In this document: piece by piece, positions 48,637-59,363 of the stretch | How the letters are laid out: every line of letters starts with the position of its first letter | Numbering within the stretch: position 1 is the first letter of the stretch | DNA from: Wickerhamiella versatilis | Taxonomy: Eukaryota | NCBI GenBank assembly: GCA_030867685.1 | Contig: JAQOWU010000007.1 | Location: 558,001 to 622,000 of the forward strand | Direction of reading: 5' to 3' | DNA: 64,000 nt | Notes under the pieces: generated by a model | Seen by the model: the letters and a program-made list of their open reading frames with translations, nothing else | What the model was told of the DNA's origin: nothing | The model's database searches: none | Made by a program: the position numbers and the translations under genes

Positions 48637-50958
48637 ATGCCTCGACAGAGTGCAAAGAAGAGCCGTCAGCGTGCATTGAATGCTTTTGATGCAGCTGTAG
48701 ATGAGGAAGAGTACCAAGTTGGTCTACGGCAGCAGGAAGATATCGATCCCGAGTATGTTGCTGATGAGAGGATCCGACAACTGGTTTCGGGAAACGTTCG
48801 TCCAGAGGATGATGAGGACATTGACAGTGATGAGGCTTTCGGAAGTGATTCAGATATCTCCATGAATCTTAACGAAGCATCAGAGTCAGAGTGGGGTGAT
48901 TCCCTCGATGAGGAGGAATTGATACCTTTATCTGAAGTTTGGGACCAGGACAGTGATGGGGATAAATCCAGCGGCAACAAGAAACGAGTTGAATACTCCC
49001 CTGAATCTGGAGATGTTTCAGAGAGTTCCTCTGAAGGCTCAGAGGAGGAGGAGGATTCGTCCTCGGACTCCAATATTGAATCTGAAATGGAGGGTGATAG
49101 TGAGGAGGAGAACTATGACGCTCTGAGCAAGGCTGTGAAAAGCGTTGCTGCTGGTGGAGATTCAAGTAGACGCTTAGCTGTGCATGCTGGTGACGAGAAT
49201 CCTTTTGCCTTACCTGTCTCTGCTGAGAAAGTTAGTATTGAAGAATTGGCTGGTGAGAGTGGTGACAAAAAGAAGAAGGCCAAACCCCTGAGCGCACCAT
49301 TACCTCAAACCCTCCAGGATCGCGAGGACAGAGCTGCTGCTTTCGATATCGCAACGGGAGAAATCTCCAAATGGGAAGATAGCGTCAAGCAACTACGGAG
49401 AGCTGAGCACTTGCAATTTCCCATCAATGCCCCACCACAATTAGAAGAACGTACCCCTTTTACTCCTAGCGATGATCGTAATGAACTTGAATCGAAGGTG
49501 GATTCACTTTTGGGACAGAGCCAGTTACAGGATGAGAAGGGATTATCTGCATTTGAACAGGTTGCGCAGTCGAAACTCTCATTTGAGGAACTGAAGAAGC
49601 GACGTCAGGAGCTGAGATATGCGCGAGAACTTATGTTCAGAGAAGAACAGCGGGCAAAGCGTATTAAAAAGATCAAGTCTAAGAGCTGGCGCAAGGTACA
49701 CAAGAAAGAGCGTTTGAAACAGCAGGAAGCAGTAGAGGAAGTAGAGTCTGACCAAGAGGATGATGGCTCCAAGAGGGCTGTTGAAAGAGCCACATTGAAG
49801 CATCAATCAACAAAATGGGGAAAAGAACGAGGCGCATTTGGCTCAGAGTCTCGTCAAGCTATGGAGGAGATGTTGCAACAAGGAGACCTCCTACGTCAGA
49901 AGGTTGCTGGAAACGATGGGTCCGACAGCGATTCCGAGTTTGTTTTACGCGATAGGCCACAAGAATTACCGGAGAGTGGTGAACAAGCGCCCCCTCAGAA
50001 GGGTTTATTAGGTATGAAGTTTATGGTTGAAGCTGCCGATCGCGAACACAAAGAAAATGAACGGCTTTTGAGGGATGATTATAATGAGAATGAGGAGCAT
50101 GAGAGTGTAGGAAGGCGTACATTCACCCCAGCAGGCTATAAGGCAGCGGCAGAGGAATCAGATGCAAGCGACAATGATGATGCGGAGGTTAGCAATTCTA
50201 CATCGAAACAACGCGTCGACAATAAGAGAGTTGCTAATAAATCAGCCGATCTAAAGAAAGACATAAAATCAGGTGCCACGCGGGACCAAAAGAAAGGAAA
50301 GGGTAAAGAGGACCAGGATCAAGACCAAGACAATAACGGAAATCAAGAAACACCCATTGACAGCGGTGATAATCCGTGGCTCTCCTTATCCTCGACTAAG
50401 GGAAAGTCGACCTACGATTCGCGACCACAAAAAGTGGTACAGAAGAAACCTACTGTACAGATTGACGTATCGAATACACTTGGAGACTCATTGGTGCGTG
50501 AGCCTGAGCTGTCTCTACAACAACAGGATCTCGTGCGACAAGCATTTGCTGGTGACGATGTAACGCAAGAATTCGAGCGCAAAAAGTCAGAGACAGTAGA
50601 GGATGAGGGTGATAAGGAGATAGATGAAACACTGCCAGGATGGGGCTCCTGGAGTGGTCCTGACCTGCGTGCTCCGAAGAAGCGTAAGGTTCAGCATGTC
50701 AAAGGTGTCAGTGAACGCAAGCGTCGTGATTTTGGACTTGATGGTGTGATATACAATGAAAAGATCAACAAAAAGAATACTCGTTACCAGGCATCAGCTG
50801 TCCCATTTCCGTTTGAAAACCGAGAGCAATATGAGCGATCACTTAGGATGCCGATCGGGCAAGAGTGGACTTCGAAGGGAACTTTCCAGAGGGCTATTAA
50901 ACCTCGTGTTATTGTCAAACGTGGCGAAGTGATCGATCCTTTAGAAAAGCCGCTGTGA
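48637..50958 (+). CDS. UTP14: SSU processome protein Utp14
   Basis: KRIKKIKSK, ERATLKH, LPGWGSWSG, PFPFENREQYERSLRMPIGQEW. Confidence 0.96.
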   Translation: MPRQSAKKSRQRALNAFDAAVDEEEYQVGLRQQEDIDPEYVADERIRQLVSGNVRPEDDEDIDSDEAFGSDSDISMNLNEASESEWGDSLDEEELIPLSEVWDQDSDGDKSSGNKKRVEYSPESGDVSESSSEGSEEEEDSSSDSNIESEMEGDSEEENYDALSKAVKSVAAGGDSSRRLAVHAGDENPFALPVSAEKVSIEELAGESGDKKKKAKPLSAPLPQTLQDREDRAAAFDIATGEISKWEDSVKQLRRAEHLQFPINAPPQLEERTPFTPSDDRNELESKVDSLLGQSQLQDEKGLSAFEQVAQSKLSFEELKKRRQELRYARELMFREEQRAKRIKKIKSKSWRKVHKKERLKQQEAVEEVESDQEDDGSKRAVERATLKHQSTKWGKERGAFGSESRQAMEEMLQQGDLLRQKVAGNDGSDSDSEFVLRDRPQELPESGEQAPPQKGLLGMKFMVEAADREHKENERLLRDDYNENEEHESVGRRTFTPAGYKAAAEESDASDNDDAEVSNSTSKQRVDNKRVANKSADLKKDIKSGATRDQKKGKGKEDQDQDQDNNGNQETPIDSGDNPWLSLSSTKGKSTYDSRPQKVVQKKPTVQIDVSNTLGDSLVREPELSLQQQDLVRQAFAGDDVTQEFERKKSETVEDEGDKEIDETLPGWGSWSGPDLRAPKKRKVQHVKGVSERKRRDFGLDGVIYNEKINKKNTRYQASAVPFPFENREQYERSLRMPIGQEWTSKGTFQRAIKPRVIVKRGEVIDPLEKPL

Positions 50959-51266
50959 TTCATAAATGTTATTTATTTGGAGGAAAAATAATCAATTCTC
51001 GTCTAATTCTTCGATAGAAGCAGAGAAAAAAGAAAGACTTAGAATGCTACAGTGACATTAAGCTTAAGACCAATCCATTAACTGCCATTCCAATGTTAAA
51101 CATCAAAATAGACGGCACCTTATACTCTCCTCATACAAAATTATGCTGATGACACCAGTGCCAAACAAGGGCACCTGTTTTTCCGCTATACTATATTTAA
51201 GCCGATATCTAGGGACACAGTTACACTAGAAACAGTAGATTAGTCTGCTCGCTATCGCGCCTGCGC

Positions 51267-52019
51267 CTACAGCGAGTCAAGGCGATCTTGTATCTCTTCA
51301 ACAGAGAGCTTGCGGAAACGGGGTCCAACAGCACCCTCAACACCTTCAATTCCCAGCAGATGATCAGCCTCATCACCTACAATGGATATTTCCACATTGT
51401 CGCCAGTCATTTCACCTTCAATAGACTCTTTCAGAGTGAGAAGTGTGATGTGTATCGCATCCTCAAGTTCGAGCTCTTCATTCCATCGTTTCTCAAGAAA
51501 AGTTTTTGCGCTGGAGGATCCTTTGCCAATAGCCGTAGCACGCCAAGGATAATAAGAACCGGAGGGGTCGATTTGATAGAGCCCAAAACCATGATTCTCA
51601 TCATAGCCCGCAACAAGCAAAGAAACACCATAAGGACGAACACCTCCCATCTGGGTAGCCTCCTGTACGGCCCTGGCAACGTCCTGAACAAGGACCCGCG
51701 TAGGTGGATATTCGTTGTATATTTGCTTGTAGTTAGTATGCGCGAGCTTGCGAGCCTTATCCACCAGAACACGGAAATCCGGCCCCATACCAGCGTACAC
51801 CATACCAATATTAGGTGTTATCTGGGTAATTTTCGCTAAGGTTTCCGGATCGAACAAAGGTGTCTGACTCTTTTTCTCCGTTGCAAGCACTACACCATTA
51901 GTAGCCTTAATACCAACAGAAGTTACACCCCCGTTTACAGCCTGAAGAGCATACTCGATCTGTATAAGTTTGCCGTTGGGCGAGAATGTAGTGAGCGAGA
52001 ACGAATACCTGTCCGCCAT
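51267..52019 (-). CDS. PRE8: 20S proteasome alpha-2 subunit
   Basis: [45 protein letters not shown]. Confidence 0.97.
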   Translation of the reverse strand: MADRYSFSLTTFSPNGKLIQIEYALQAVNGGVTSVGIKATNGVVLATEKKSQTPLFDPETLAKITQITPNIGMVYAGMGPDFRVLVDKARKLAHTNYKQIYNEYPPTRVLVQDVARAVQEATQMGGVRPYGVSLLVAGYDENHGFGLYQIDPSGSYYPWRATAIGKGSSSAKTFLEKRWNEELELEDAIHITLLTLKESIEGEMTGDNVEISIVGDEADHLLGIEGVEGAVGPRFRKLSVEEIQDRLDSL

Positions 52020-52120
52020 AATGCTCCTGCTTACGTGAGTCGCCACCCAGGTAAGAGCTAAACGTCTATAACAATTTCGAGCTTTATCTAGATCTACCAT
52101 AATCCTAATAATCGATCTTC

Positions 52121-52480
52121 TCAAAGCATAGCCTTGAGCTTACCAGACTGGTCAAGGCCTAGGATATCGTCGCATCCACCAATGTGCTTACCCTTGATGT
52201 AAATGTTAGGAACCGTGCGCTGACCGCTTTGTTCAAGCAGATAAGCCTGAATTTCGCTACCATCGGCCAGTTCGTCGAGTTCGAGGACCTCAGCATCATC
52301 TACACCATACTTGTCCAAGAGAACCGACTTCGCTCTCTTGCAGAAGGGACAGTAAGATTTGCTAGCAATGAAGACGTGATCATTGGCAATTGACTTAGCG
52401 ATCTGATCCTTTCTTTCAGCACTGAGGGGCATTCTAGGAGGAAAGAACCAGTTTTTGAGAGACTGCACGATAGAGGTCAT
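52121..52480 (-). CDS. Dithiol glutaredoxin (Grx1/2 type)
   Basis: [25 protein letters not shown]; second in-frame ATG at 52432. Confidence 0.93.
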   Translation of the reverse strand: MTSIVQSLKNWFFPPRMPLSAERKDQIAKSIANDHVFIASKSYCPFCKRAKSVLLDKYGVDDAEVLELDELADGSEIQAYLLEQSGQRTVPNIYIKGKHIGGCDDILGLDQSGKLKAML

Positions 52481-52790
52481 GCCGATTATAAATAGTTGTG
52501 CGGGATACTGGCAACCTTATGTCATCATATGGGTTCGAGACCATTGAAGACCATCCAGTGCTAACTGCCGAATTGTATCATCAATGAAGCTAATTATACG
52601 TTTAATCGTGCCAAGGTACCGTGAAACATAGCTCACTAGTTGATTTTATTTACGTAACGAGTCGTCAATAGATGTTTCTCATCGCATGTGGTCCATGTCG
52701 TGTGGACAGCTATAACTTTTTAATTTACCAGCCAGTACCAGCATGGCTTGGTATGTTTAACCTCCTCTCATTTCACGGTTATCATTGGGG

Positions 52791-53309
52791 TTAAGACTGA
52801 GGTTGCTTTTGAATCCGCGACTTTTCTTGTGATGCATATAGCTGTTGCCAAAAAATGGGATCTTCTTTGAACTGATGCACGTAGTTGCATTTCAGCCCTC
52901 GCGTACACTCTCTTTCATTCATACACATCGGCTGTCGTAAATCATGAGCTGGAATCAAATCGGCAAAGACAGGCGTGCCATCGAACCAGCGATTGTCAAA
53001 ATTCTCTGCAACCTTGGCCGCGTCGTCCGGTGTTCCAAATCGAATGTAAATGCATCCCTTCAAATGTGGTTCTGTATTTGCTGCCACAATCATATCCTGT
53101 ACCTCTGCCTGCAATGCGGCTTCAACAAAGACATCCTCCACCACTTTTTCCCTGGTAGCGTCTGTGAATGGTATATTTTTCAGCAGAATGCAGCATGACT
53201 TTGAGGGATGCTCATGACGCCGCACACAAGATGTACCATGCCTACAGACGCCCACTTTTTGGTAAAATGTACAAAGATTACCACCTTCTTGCCTGTTATG
53301 GCGACGCAT
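52791..53309 (-). CDS. U2AF1: U2AF small subunit (U2AF1/U2AF35), divergent
   Basis: CCCH finger CTFYQKVGVCRHG..C.R.H, UHM with N..PHLKG.IY and NRWFDG.P, second finger ECTRG..CN..H. Confidence 0.85.
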   Translation of the reverse strand: MRRHNRQEGGNLCTFYQKVGVCRHGTSCVRRHEHPSKSCCILLKNIPFTDATREKVVEDVFVEAALQAEVQDMIVAANTEPHLKGCIYIRFGTPDDAAKVAENFDNRWFDGTPVFADLIPAHDLRQPMCMNERECTRGLKCNYVHQFKEDPIFWQQLYASQEKSRIQKQPQS

Positions 53310-53350
53310 GGCACCAAAAATAATTTACCTAATCAGGCAAAGTCGTATGA

Positions 53351-53944
53351 ATGGGAAATGATGGAGGATTCATAGCCAAGAGAAGTGAAGTGGTTCGCAA
53401 GGATAAGAGGGACAATCCGCCTCAACATAATAACAATTGGTGGCGGCAATGTGCTTTATCTGGTGAGGACTTGTATCAACCCGTGGTGGCAGACTGGAGA
53501 GGGCGGCTTATGAACAAACAATCACTCTTGGAATTCTTATTGGGTAGGCAAAGGTTCAAGCCTCCATCATGGGCTCTGAAGGAACTTAAAAATATCCGTG
53601 ACGTGGTTGAAGTTCAATGGAAGTTAGACGAAAGTGGTCGGTGGATAGATCCAGTAACTTTTAAGGATCTGGGCACGCAGCGGACAGTGCTACTACCCCA
53701 ATGTGGTCACGCTATTCCGGAATCTGCTGTATCACGTGCGAATGGATCTTGTCCTGTTTGCGCGATGTCTTTTGATGAGCCGGTAGGCTTAGGTCCAGCG
53801 AACTCTCTTCCAGTTGCAGAGAGGCGGAGGCAGCGCCTACTTCGTAAGGGCCTAACTCACAGCCTCAGACCCGCGAAAATTCCAGTGGCAAAAAGAAGAC
53901 GATCAACGTCCAGTGATGGGCCAAGAAAGCTGAAATATGCCTGA
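53351..53944 (+). CDS. RTF2: Rtf2 RING-like protein
   Basis: MGNDGG.I.KR.E, W..CALS.E.L..PVV.D..G.L.NK..LLEFL, CGH, CPVC. Confidence 0.9.
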   Translation: MGNDGGFIAKRSEVVRKDKRDNPPQHNNNWWRQCALSGEDLYQPVVADWRGRLMNKQSLLEFLLGRQRFKPPSWALKELKNIRDVVEVQWKLDESGRWIDPVTFKDLGTQRTVLLPQCGHAIPESAVSRANGSCPVCAMSFDEPVGLGPANSLPVAERRRQRLLRKGLTHSLRPAKIPVAKRRRSTSSDGPRKLKYA

Positions 53945-54201
53945 TGGCGGTGTAATTTAAACACACAAAAAAAATCTAAACAAGTTTGACGGTGCATACT
54001 TATACGAAGAATAACTGTATTTTTACATAGATAACGTTTTAACTAACCTATTGCGTGGTGGCATGTACGGTATTCACAAACTGGGTGTGGAGAATGCTCA
54101 AACTCTAAAGAAAATGACATATTATGTACATAATTATCCTGGACAGATTGTGGTAGCTTCTCGAAGAAACTTTGGGTGAATTAAAATTGTTCGTTTCGTG
54201 G

Positions 54202-54399
54202 CTAGACTCGTTTAGATGGATCTGTCTCGTCATCAACCACCACAGATCGCTGACCTATTTCAGCCTGCTTCTTGTGATAATTCTGCATTATCTGGCGGTA
54301 AATGCCGTAGCCAAGATACCCACTGAAGCCAATAATACCCAGCACTGTCGTACGATGCGTGACGTCGGCAGCCTTAACGTACCAAGGTCGACCAGACAT
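54202..54399 (-). CDS. COX14: Cytochrome c oxidase assembly factor Cox14
   Basis: 65 aa, WY...AD..HR.TVL followed by a single TM helix. Confidence 0.75.
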   Translation of the reverse strand: MSGRPWYVKAADVTHRTTVLGIIGFSGYLGYGIYRQIMQNYHKKQAEIGQRSVVVDDETDPSKRV

Positions 54400-54435
54400 A
54401 ATTCAGGTAATCGGGAAAGCTTACGTTAGCTAGGC

Positions 54436-55365
54436 ATGCTAGATGGCCATACTATGCGAAGGTCTGGGGCGAGCAAAGTTCATTTGAGGCATACTCCCCG
54501 CCATTCGCGTAGTGGTACGCGGCTAAGCAAATTAGGAAACAAAAGTCAGGACTCTCTTCGTTTGCCCCGCGCTCGTACACCTCAGGCATCTCGGCTAGGT
54601 CTTGCAACAATGCACTTGCCAGATGATGAGGAGGAGGACGAGGACGAACATGAGACTGAATTTGAAGATACGGACTCTATTGGCTCGCCAACTGTAGATC
54701 CGCCACTAGCATTGAGTGAGGTTAAAATGGAACCTACCCCACCACAGCTTACCGACGAACGAGTGGTTTCTTTGACATCACTTACAGAAATGGCTAACGC
54801 CATGAAGGATTTGCGAGACCGCAGTGGTTTTGTGGAGGACTCTGATCTTGTCTCCACCGCAGTGACTCGCTCTCAGTCTAGCGCTGATCTTGCCAAGATT
54901 GTTGGTGATCAAAATACTCGGACTCAAAGGCGACAACTCTTGAAGCAGAGGCAGCCCATGAATCATCGTGAAGGGGAGCCACATGGTCAGGAACGTCGTG
55001 AGTTCGAAATAATATGGAGGGAATATTCTTCTTGCCGGACGATAAGCAATCCTGTGAGAGCGTCGTTGGAACGCATTGCGCAAGAGGTTTATGGTATGCC
55101 ACACTTTAATCATCGCTCTAATTCTCTCGTGGCCACGACTATGAATCAAATTAATGACCTATCTTCTAAGCTAGGCCCAAATCCTGCCGCAGCTTATGTT
55201 CTCAATAAGATCTGGCAGCAGGGGTGGCAAGATCCTGTTGATGCACATGAGGGTGAGGATGACAGCTCTGAGGGTGTCAAAAGCGAGAACTTCGCACTGC
55301 AAGCGCAACGCGCACATAGCAGGATATCCCTGGCTCGCAATAATTCTACCATCTCATTGGCATGA
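54436..55365 (+). CDS. Tco89-like TORC1-associated protein
   Basis: Disordered S/R-rich N-terminus; TRTQ..QLL.QR and EF..I.REY...R...NP...SL.R match the fungal Tco89 conserved region. Confidence 0.6.
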   Translation: MLDGHTMRRSGASKVHLRHTPRHSRSGTRLSKLGNKSQDSLRLPRARTPQASRLGLATMHLPDDEEEDEDEHETEFEDTDSIGSPTVDPPLALSEVKMEPTPPQLTDERVVSLTSLTEMANAMKDLRDRSGFVEDSDLVSTAVTRSQSSADLAKIVGDQNTRTQRRQLLKQRQPMNHREGEPHGQERREFEIIWREYSSCRTISNPVRASLERIAQEVYGMPHFNHRSNSLVATTMNQINDLSSKLGPNPAAAYVLNKIWQQGWQDPVDAHEGEDDSSEGVKSENFALQAQRAHSRISLARNNSTISLA

Positions 55366-55590
55366 CCGTGACGCTCGAACATACTATTCGATTCTATTAA
55401 TCTATTTATCAGATCCGGCAATAGACGGAAGCGGGTTATTCTAGATGCAGAATATTATTGGCGCCTATCAGACTCTAAGAAGAGTACTTGTATGCTAGCT
55501 GCTATATACATATATATATACGCATTCTGCATTAACTACATTTTTATCCAAATATCCGTGAGTGTCTCAAACGCTATCAAATGTTTTGAA

Positions 55591-58536
55591 CTATTTTGGT
55601 ACCTTGAAATTGGTCAGTTGCCCCTTAGCATACACCTGAGCTAAAGTGGTCTCGAGTTCTCCACTTTTTTCTAGTTCCTTGTACTTGTTGTATAATTTCA
55701 AGGCACTGAGAGCATCTTCTATAGAATTGTGGTTTCCAGTTTGAATATGTTCACCCAGAACAGCCCAAACCAAAAACCTCAAACCAAGTCGTCTTGTGAG
55801 CTGTTTATTATAGTAAAGGTCCACAGTATCAATAACCTGTTCCGGCGGCACATGAAGATTAATGGTGCGAAAGTCATTATTCAGAGCATGGCCAATAAAT
55901 ACACAGCCAAGATTCAATAAAAGCCATAATCGTCGTATAGCAGTCGCTCTGGTTACCAGTCCGTAATGAGAGTGATTAGGATCTAAGTCTCCAGGCTCAA
56001 TTCCAGAGTACCGTGTAAGATAGTCCACAACAGGTTGGGATGTTTCGACGAAGTCATCCATAAATGGCTCCCCTTCATCCGGGTTCTGACCCCTAAGAAC
56101 AGATACCCGAGCCAGCGATAGTTGCTGGGGCTGCACCAAGCTCTTAGTTCCATCAGAATGACACTCCGCAACCTCTTGGCCCAATAAAACAAATTCTGCA
56201 TCGAGGGCGCAAAGCTGTCCTTTCACGGGTTCACTTTGAAGGGGTTTTGCGCTGGAGGTTGCCTCCAGATTCCCGCTGGTGAATCTATGAGAATATAGAA
56301 GTCTGGTGTCAATGACTTTCTTCCAGCCATCGTAGTCAAACTGACAGTTGGAATCAGAGCTATACATTAGTATTGCAGGTTTCTTCCAGTCATAGAATTC
56401 AAAGACTTCTTTCTCTGGTAATGGAGCAACAAGGAAATCATTAAATAGATACCATTTTCCATCATCTGTCTTGACAATGGTAACAGAATGATTGTCAACC
56501 TGAGCGACATAACCCTGTAATGTGTACTTGCTGCCTTCACTAGCTGTATGTGTGACCTTGAAGCCTCTCTTATCGGGACGCTGCTGGACTCCAAACTCAG
56601 GTAAGGCAGAACCACCCTGGACAGAAATGAAGAGGACCGGGGGCAATGATTCACATATTTGTCTTGCCTCGGCCATTGGATGAGACCGTTTACACTTTTC
56701 ACAGTAGGCTAAAGTTTCTGTTGTTCTACTAAATGCGACAGAAAGTCCCCGTAAGTCACCAGATGGGGCATCAAGCGTTAATACCGACTCAAATTTATCA
56801 GTACGAATTCCACATGCTCCATACATCCTCGATTTGACATTTACTGCGCAAATTTCCAACTGAGCGACACCATCTCTCAGCCCAGGCTCTGAATCCGTGT
56901 CATTTTCTGAATCCTTAGGTTTCTCATCAGCGATAGCATTCAACAAATATTTGAGCACAAGGTCCAGATGCTCATTAATTGGTCTTTTCTCGAATAAAGG
57001 CCCAGCATCAACTCGTTGCACGAGAGTCGCCAAAAAATTCGAGGCCCTACACTGGCGCCCACGCGCTTTATGCAACATATCAAAGAGTATAGCCAACTCC
57101 CCCAATATAGGTATTGGTTGCCAATTGTACTGTGCAAATACCGTTAGGGCAAGCTTGTGGATCTGGGGGCACCACCGAAGCAGCTGCAGCAGTGCATTGC
57201 AGTGCACAGTACCATCCATAACTTGTGTTTCAAGACCAGAGTAACGAGTGCGATTATAATAACGAAAATCAAAGTCATCAACGCCAAACTTTGAGTAGTG
57301 TATTCTCAACTGGCGATAAAACTTAGGAATCTTACCCTCTGATAAAGAGTTATCCCTCTCCGCAAAGAAAGAGTCCTCCCCAGCAAGCCCCATTCGTTCT
57401 TTCTCTGAAATAAAACGAGGCACCGCTAATGATGATCTTCTTTGCTGGGCCTGCTTGAATCTCGCATCATAAACTAGGGGGTATGACCAGCTCGATAGCA
57501 GCTCTTGGTTATAAAATGGCATACCAACCGCACTCAGCGGGGTCTTTTCCGTGAAAGTAGGTAGCACTGGCAAAGATGCTGGCAAATCGAGGCCCTTGGG
57601 TAGTGCATTAATATCAGGTGCTGGAACTCTACTCCAAAAATGTAATATCCCATTGTCTTCCGCGATAGCGAGGCCATCAGCAGTCGAAGTGATATCGAGC
57701 GATAATATTTGACCGGTCAATGCAACTTGATGTATAATGATTTGTGATGGATTTTTGGCATCTAAGAAGCTAAGCTGTCCTGTGGGCCCCAACACGATAC
57801 AATTTGTCGGGGACTTTGGATGGATTCGGACAAAGCTTGCCCCTGTGGTGATATTCAATAGAGGAAGAGGCTTTTTGAATCGAATGTCATGTGCAAAGAC
57901 GACCTGGTCTGTAACCAATCCATAGCGACGTGCACTATAACCACATGTCATTAAAACATTTTTGCGACAGTCCATATCGGTCAATGGTCCTGTATGGCAT
58001 CTCACAGAATATAGACATTCAAAGGTCATGGTGTCAACGACCTGTGCCGTTCCGTCATCCAAGCCAAGGACCACATTGGGAGAGCACATACCCATGAATA
58101 GAATCTTCCCATCGCTCTCAATCTCAAAAGTTCCTGTTTCTTGGGGAGGTTCTATCGTGTGCCGATTTATTCGGTTTCCATTTCCCACTAACAAATCGTT
58201 CTCAAATAGAAGCATCACATTGCCTTGTGCAGTGGGATCATGGGACTTTAACTGGCCAGTGCGGCGATGCACCCGTACACCTTCTTGGCTAAGGCTGTGC
58301 ACATATTTATCACTCACCTCGATAGCTTTAATAGCCGAAGAATGCCCAGGAAACGCGGTGTACGGACGTAGATGGGGAAGGACATAGCTAGATATGCGGC
58401 CTGTCGAATCCCCCACCCAGACCAGATCCTTAAAAGGGTCTAAACGCATGGTCGTTATGGCTGGTGAGGCGGCCGTGGCTGCTGATTCTGGATTATCAGC
58501 TACCACCACAGCCGCCGTCTCCCGCCAGAAATCCAT
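55591..58536 (-). CDS. PAN2: PAN2-PAN3 deadenylase catalytic subunit
   Basis: WD40 region, YSKFGVDDFDF..YN.T.YSGLE, UCH-like domain, DEDD nuclease ALDAEFV...HNSIEDA. Confidence 0.96.
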   Translation of the reverse strand: MDFWRETAAVVVADNPESAATAASPAITTMRLDPFKDLVWVGDSTGRISSYVLPHLRPYTAFPGHSSAIKAIEVSDKYVHSLSQEGVRVHRRTGQLKSHDPTAQGNVMLLFENDLLVGNGNRINRHTIEPPQETGTFEIESDGKILFMGMCSPNVVLGLDDGTAQVVDTMTFECLYSVRCHTGPLTDMDCRKNVLMTCGYSARRYGLVTDQVVFAHDIRFKKPLPLLNITTGASFVRIHPKSPTNCIVLGPTGQLSFLDAKNPSQIIIHQVALTGQILSLDITSTADGLAIAEDNGILHFWSRVPAPDINALPKGLDLPASLPVLPTFTEKTPLSAVGMPFYNQELLSSWSYPLVYDARFKQAQQRRSSLAVPRFISEKERMGLAGEDSFFAERDNSLSEGKIPKFYRQLRIHYSKFGVDDFDFRYYNRTRYSGLETQVMDGTVHCNALLQLLRWCPQIHKLALTVFAQYNWQPIPILGELAILFDMLHKARGRQCRASNFLATLVQRVDAGPLFEKRPINEHLDLVLKYLLNAIADEKPKDSENDTDSEPGLRDGVAQLEICAVNVKSRMYGACGIRTDKFESVLTLDAPSGDLRGLSVAFSRTTETLAYCEKCKRSHPMAEARQICESLPPVLFISVQGGSALPEFGVQQRPDKRGFKVTHTASEGSKYTLQGYVAQVDNHSVTIVKTDDGKWYLFNDFLVAPLPEKEVFEFYDWKKPAILMYSSDSNCQFDYDGWKKVIDTRLLYSHRFTSGNLEATSSAKPLQSEPVKGQLCALDAEFVLLGQEVAECHSDGTKSLVQPQQLSLARVSVLRGQNPDEGEPFMDDFVETSQPVVDYLTRYSGIEPGDLDPNHSHYGLVTRATAIRRLWLLLNLGCVFIGHALNNDFRTINLHVPPEQVIDTVDLYYNKQLTRRLGLRFLVWAVLGEHIQTGNHNSIEDALSALKLYNKYKELEKSGELETTLAQVYAKGQLTNFKVPK

Positions 58537-58630
58537 TTCCTTGACTCAGCTTTGACACACCTATCATTTTAAACAACGATCTTAAGTTCAGCAGTTCTAG
58601 TAAATATCTACACATAATGCCTATCCTGGC

Positions 58631-59311
58631 CTAGCCAAAGTACTGTGTAAGCATAAATCGCACAGTGGAGAACTTGCAGAAGGTTGCAACAAGTTCAAGG
58701 ACAATAATCAGAATTACGGGCAACAATAAAAGTTGCGTTCTTCGAAGCTGTGGTAGGGCAGAATAGCCCAGAAACGTGATAAAGCAGTAATGAATGATTG
58801 CGACAGTGTACAGTAGGTTACTTAAAAACACGGAAACCCAGTTTGCCCTATCGAGAATTGGCAGCGCGACCCATTGCCCAACGTAGAGCCACAGCCATAT
58901 GACCAAAAATGCATCACAGTGGATATCAAAACAATAAGCCCACTCCACTGGCCCGAAAGTGTTAGGTCTTCGTAAAACGTAAGTTGCTAATGCCCAGCCG
59001 ACGGCTGCCACAAGGTTCCCAACGGCAAGGAAGTCAACCACGACCATATAAACGATCAACTTCAAGACACCAAGGAAACTGGAGGAGTATGATATGCCCC
59101 ATGCAAGCGCACTAATGGTGAGGGAGAGTGTCAAAAGCACAACAAACGAAGGGTCGTCCCGCGCCCATTGCCTTGTTATCTGCTGCCTGCTCTGAAGCGA
59201 ACTGAACACCTTACGAGGAGACCATACTATGTGAACAGCATCCCATACTGCGGTATCGAAGTCAAGCGACGGTGGCCGAAGAAGAAGACGAATATACCGC
59301 GGCAGGCGCAT
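58631..59311 (-). CDS. GMH1: UNC-50/Gmh1 Golgi membrane protein
   Basis: LDFDTA.W, PRKV, WARDDPSF, VEWAYCFDIHC. Confidence 0.93.
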   Translation of the reverse strand: MRLPRYIRLLLRPPSLDFDTAVWDAVHIVWSPRKVFSSLQSRQQITRQWARDDPSFVVLLTLSLTISALAWGISYSSSFLGVLKLIVYMVVVDFLAVGNLVAAVGWALATYVLRRPNTFGPVEWAYCFDIHCDAFLVIWLWLYVGQWVALPILDRANWVSVFLSNLLYTVAIIHYCFITFLGYSALPQLRRTQLLLLPVILIIVLELVATFCKFSTVRFMLTQYFG

Positions 59312-59363
59312 GCCAATAATAATAAGTTCACTAAGCGACTAGCACTAACTCTTAATCTTTAGT

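Noticed and set aside
34415-52124. Long N-terminal extensions in the ORF track for MSK1, POM33, HIF1 and PRE8
   Set aside because: Most begin at non-ATG codons or overlap neighbouring genes; conserved sequence starts at the downstream ATG.
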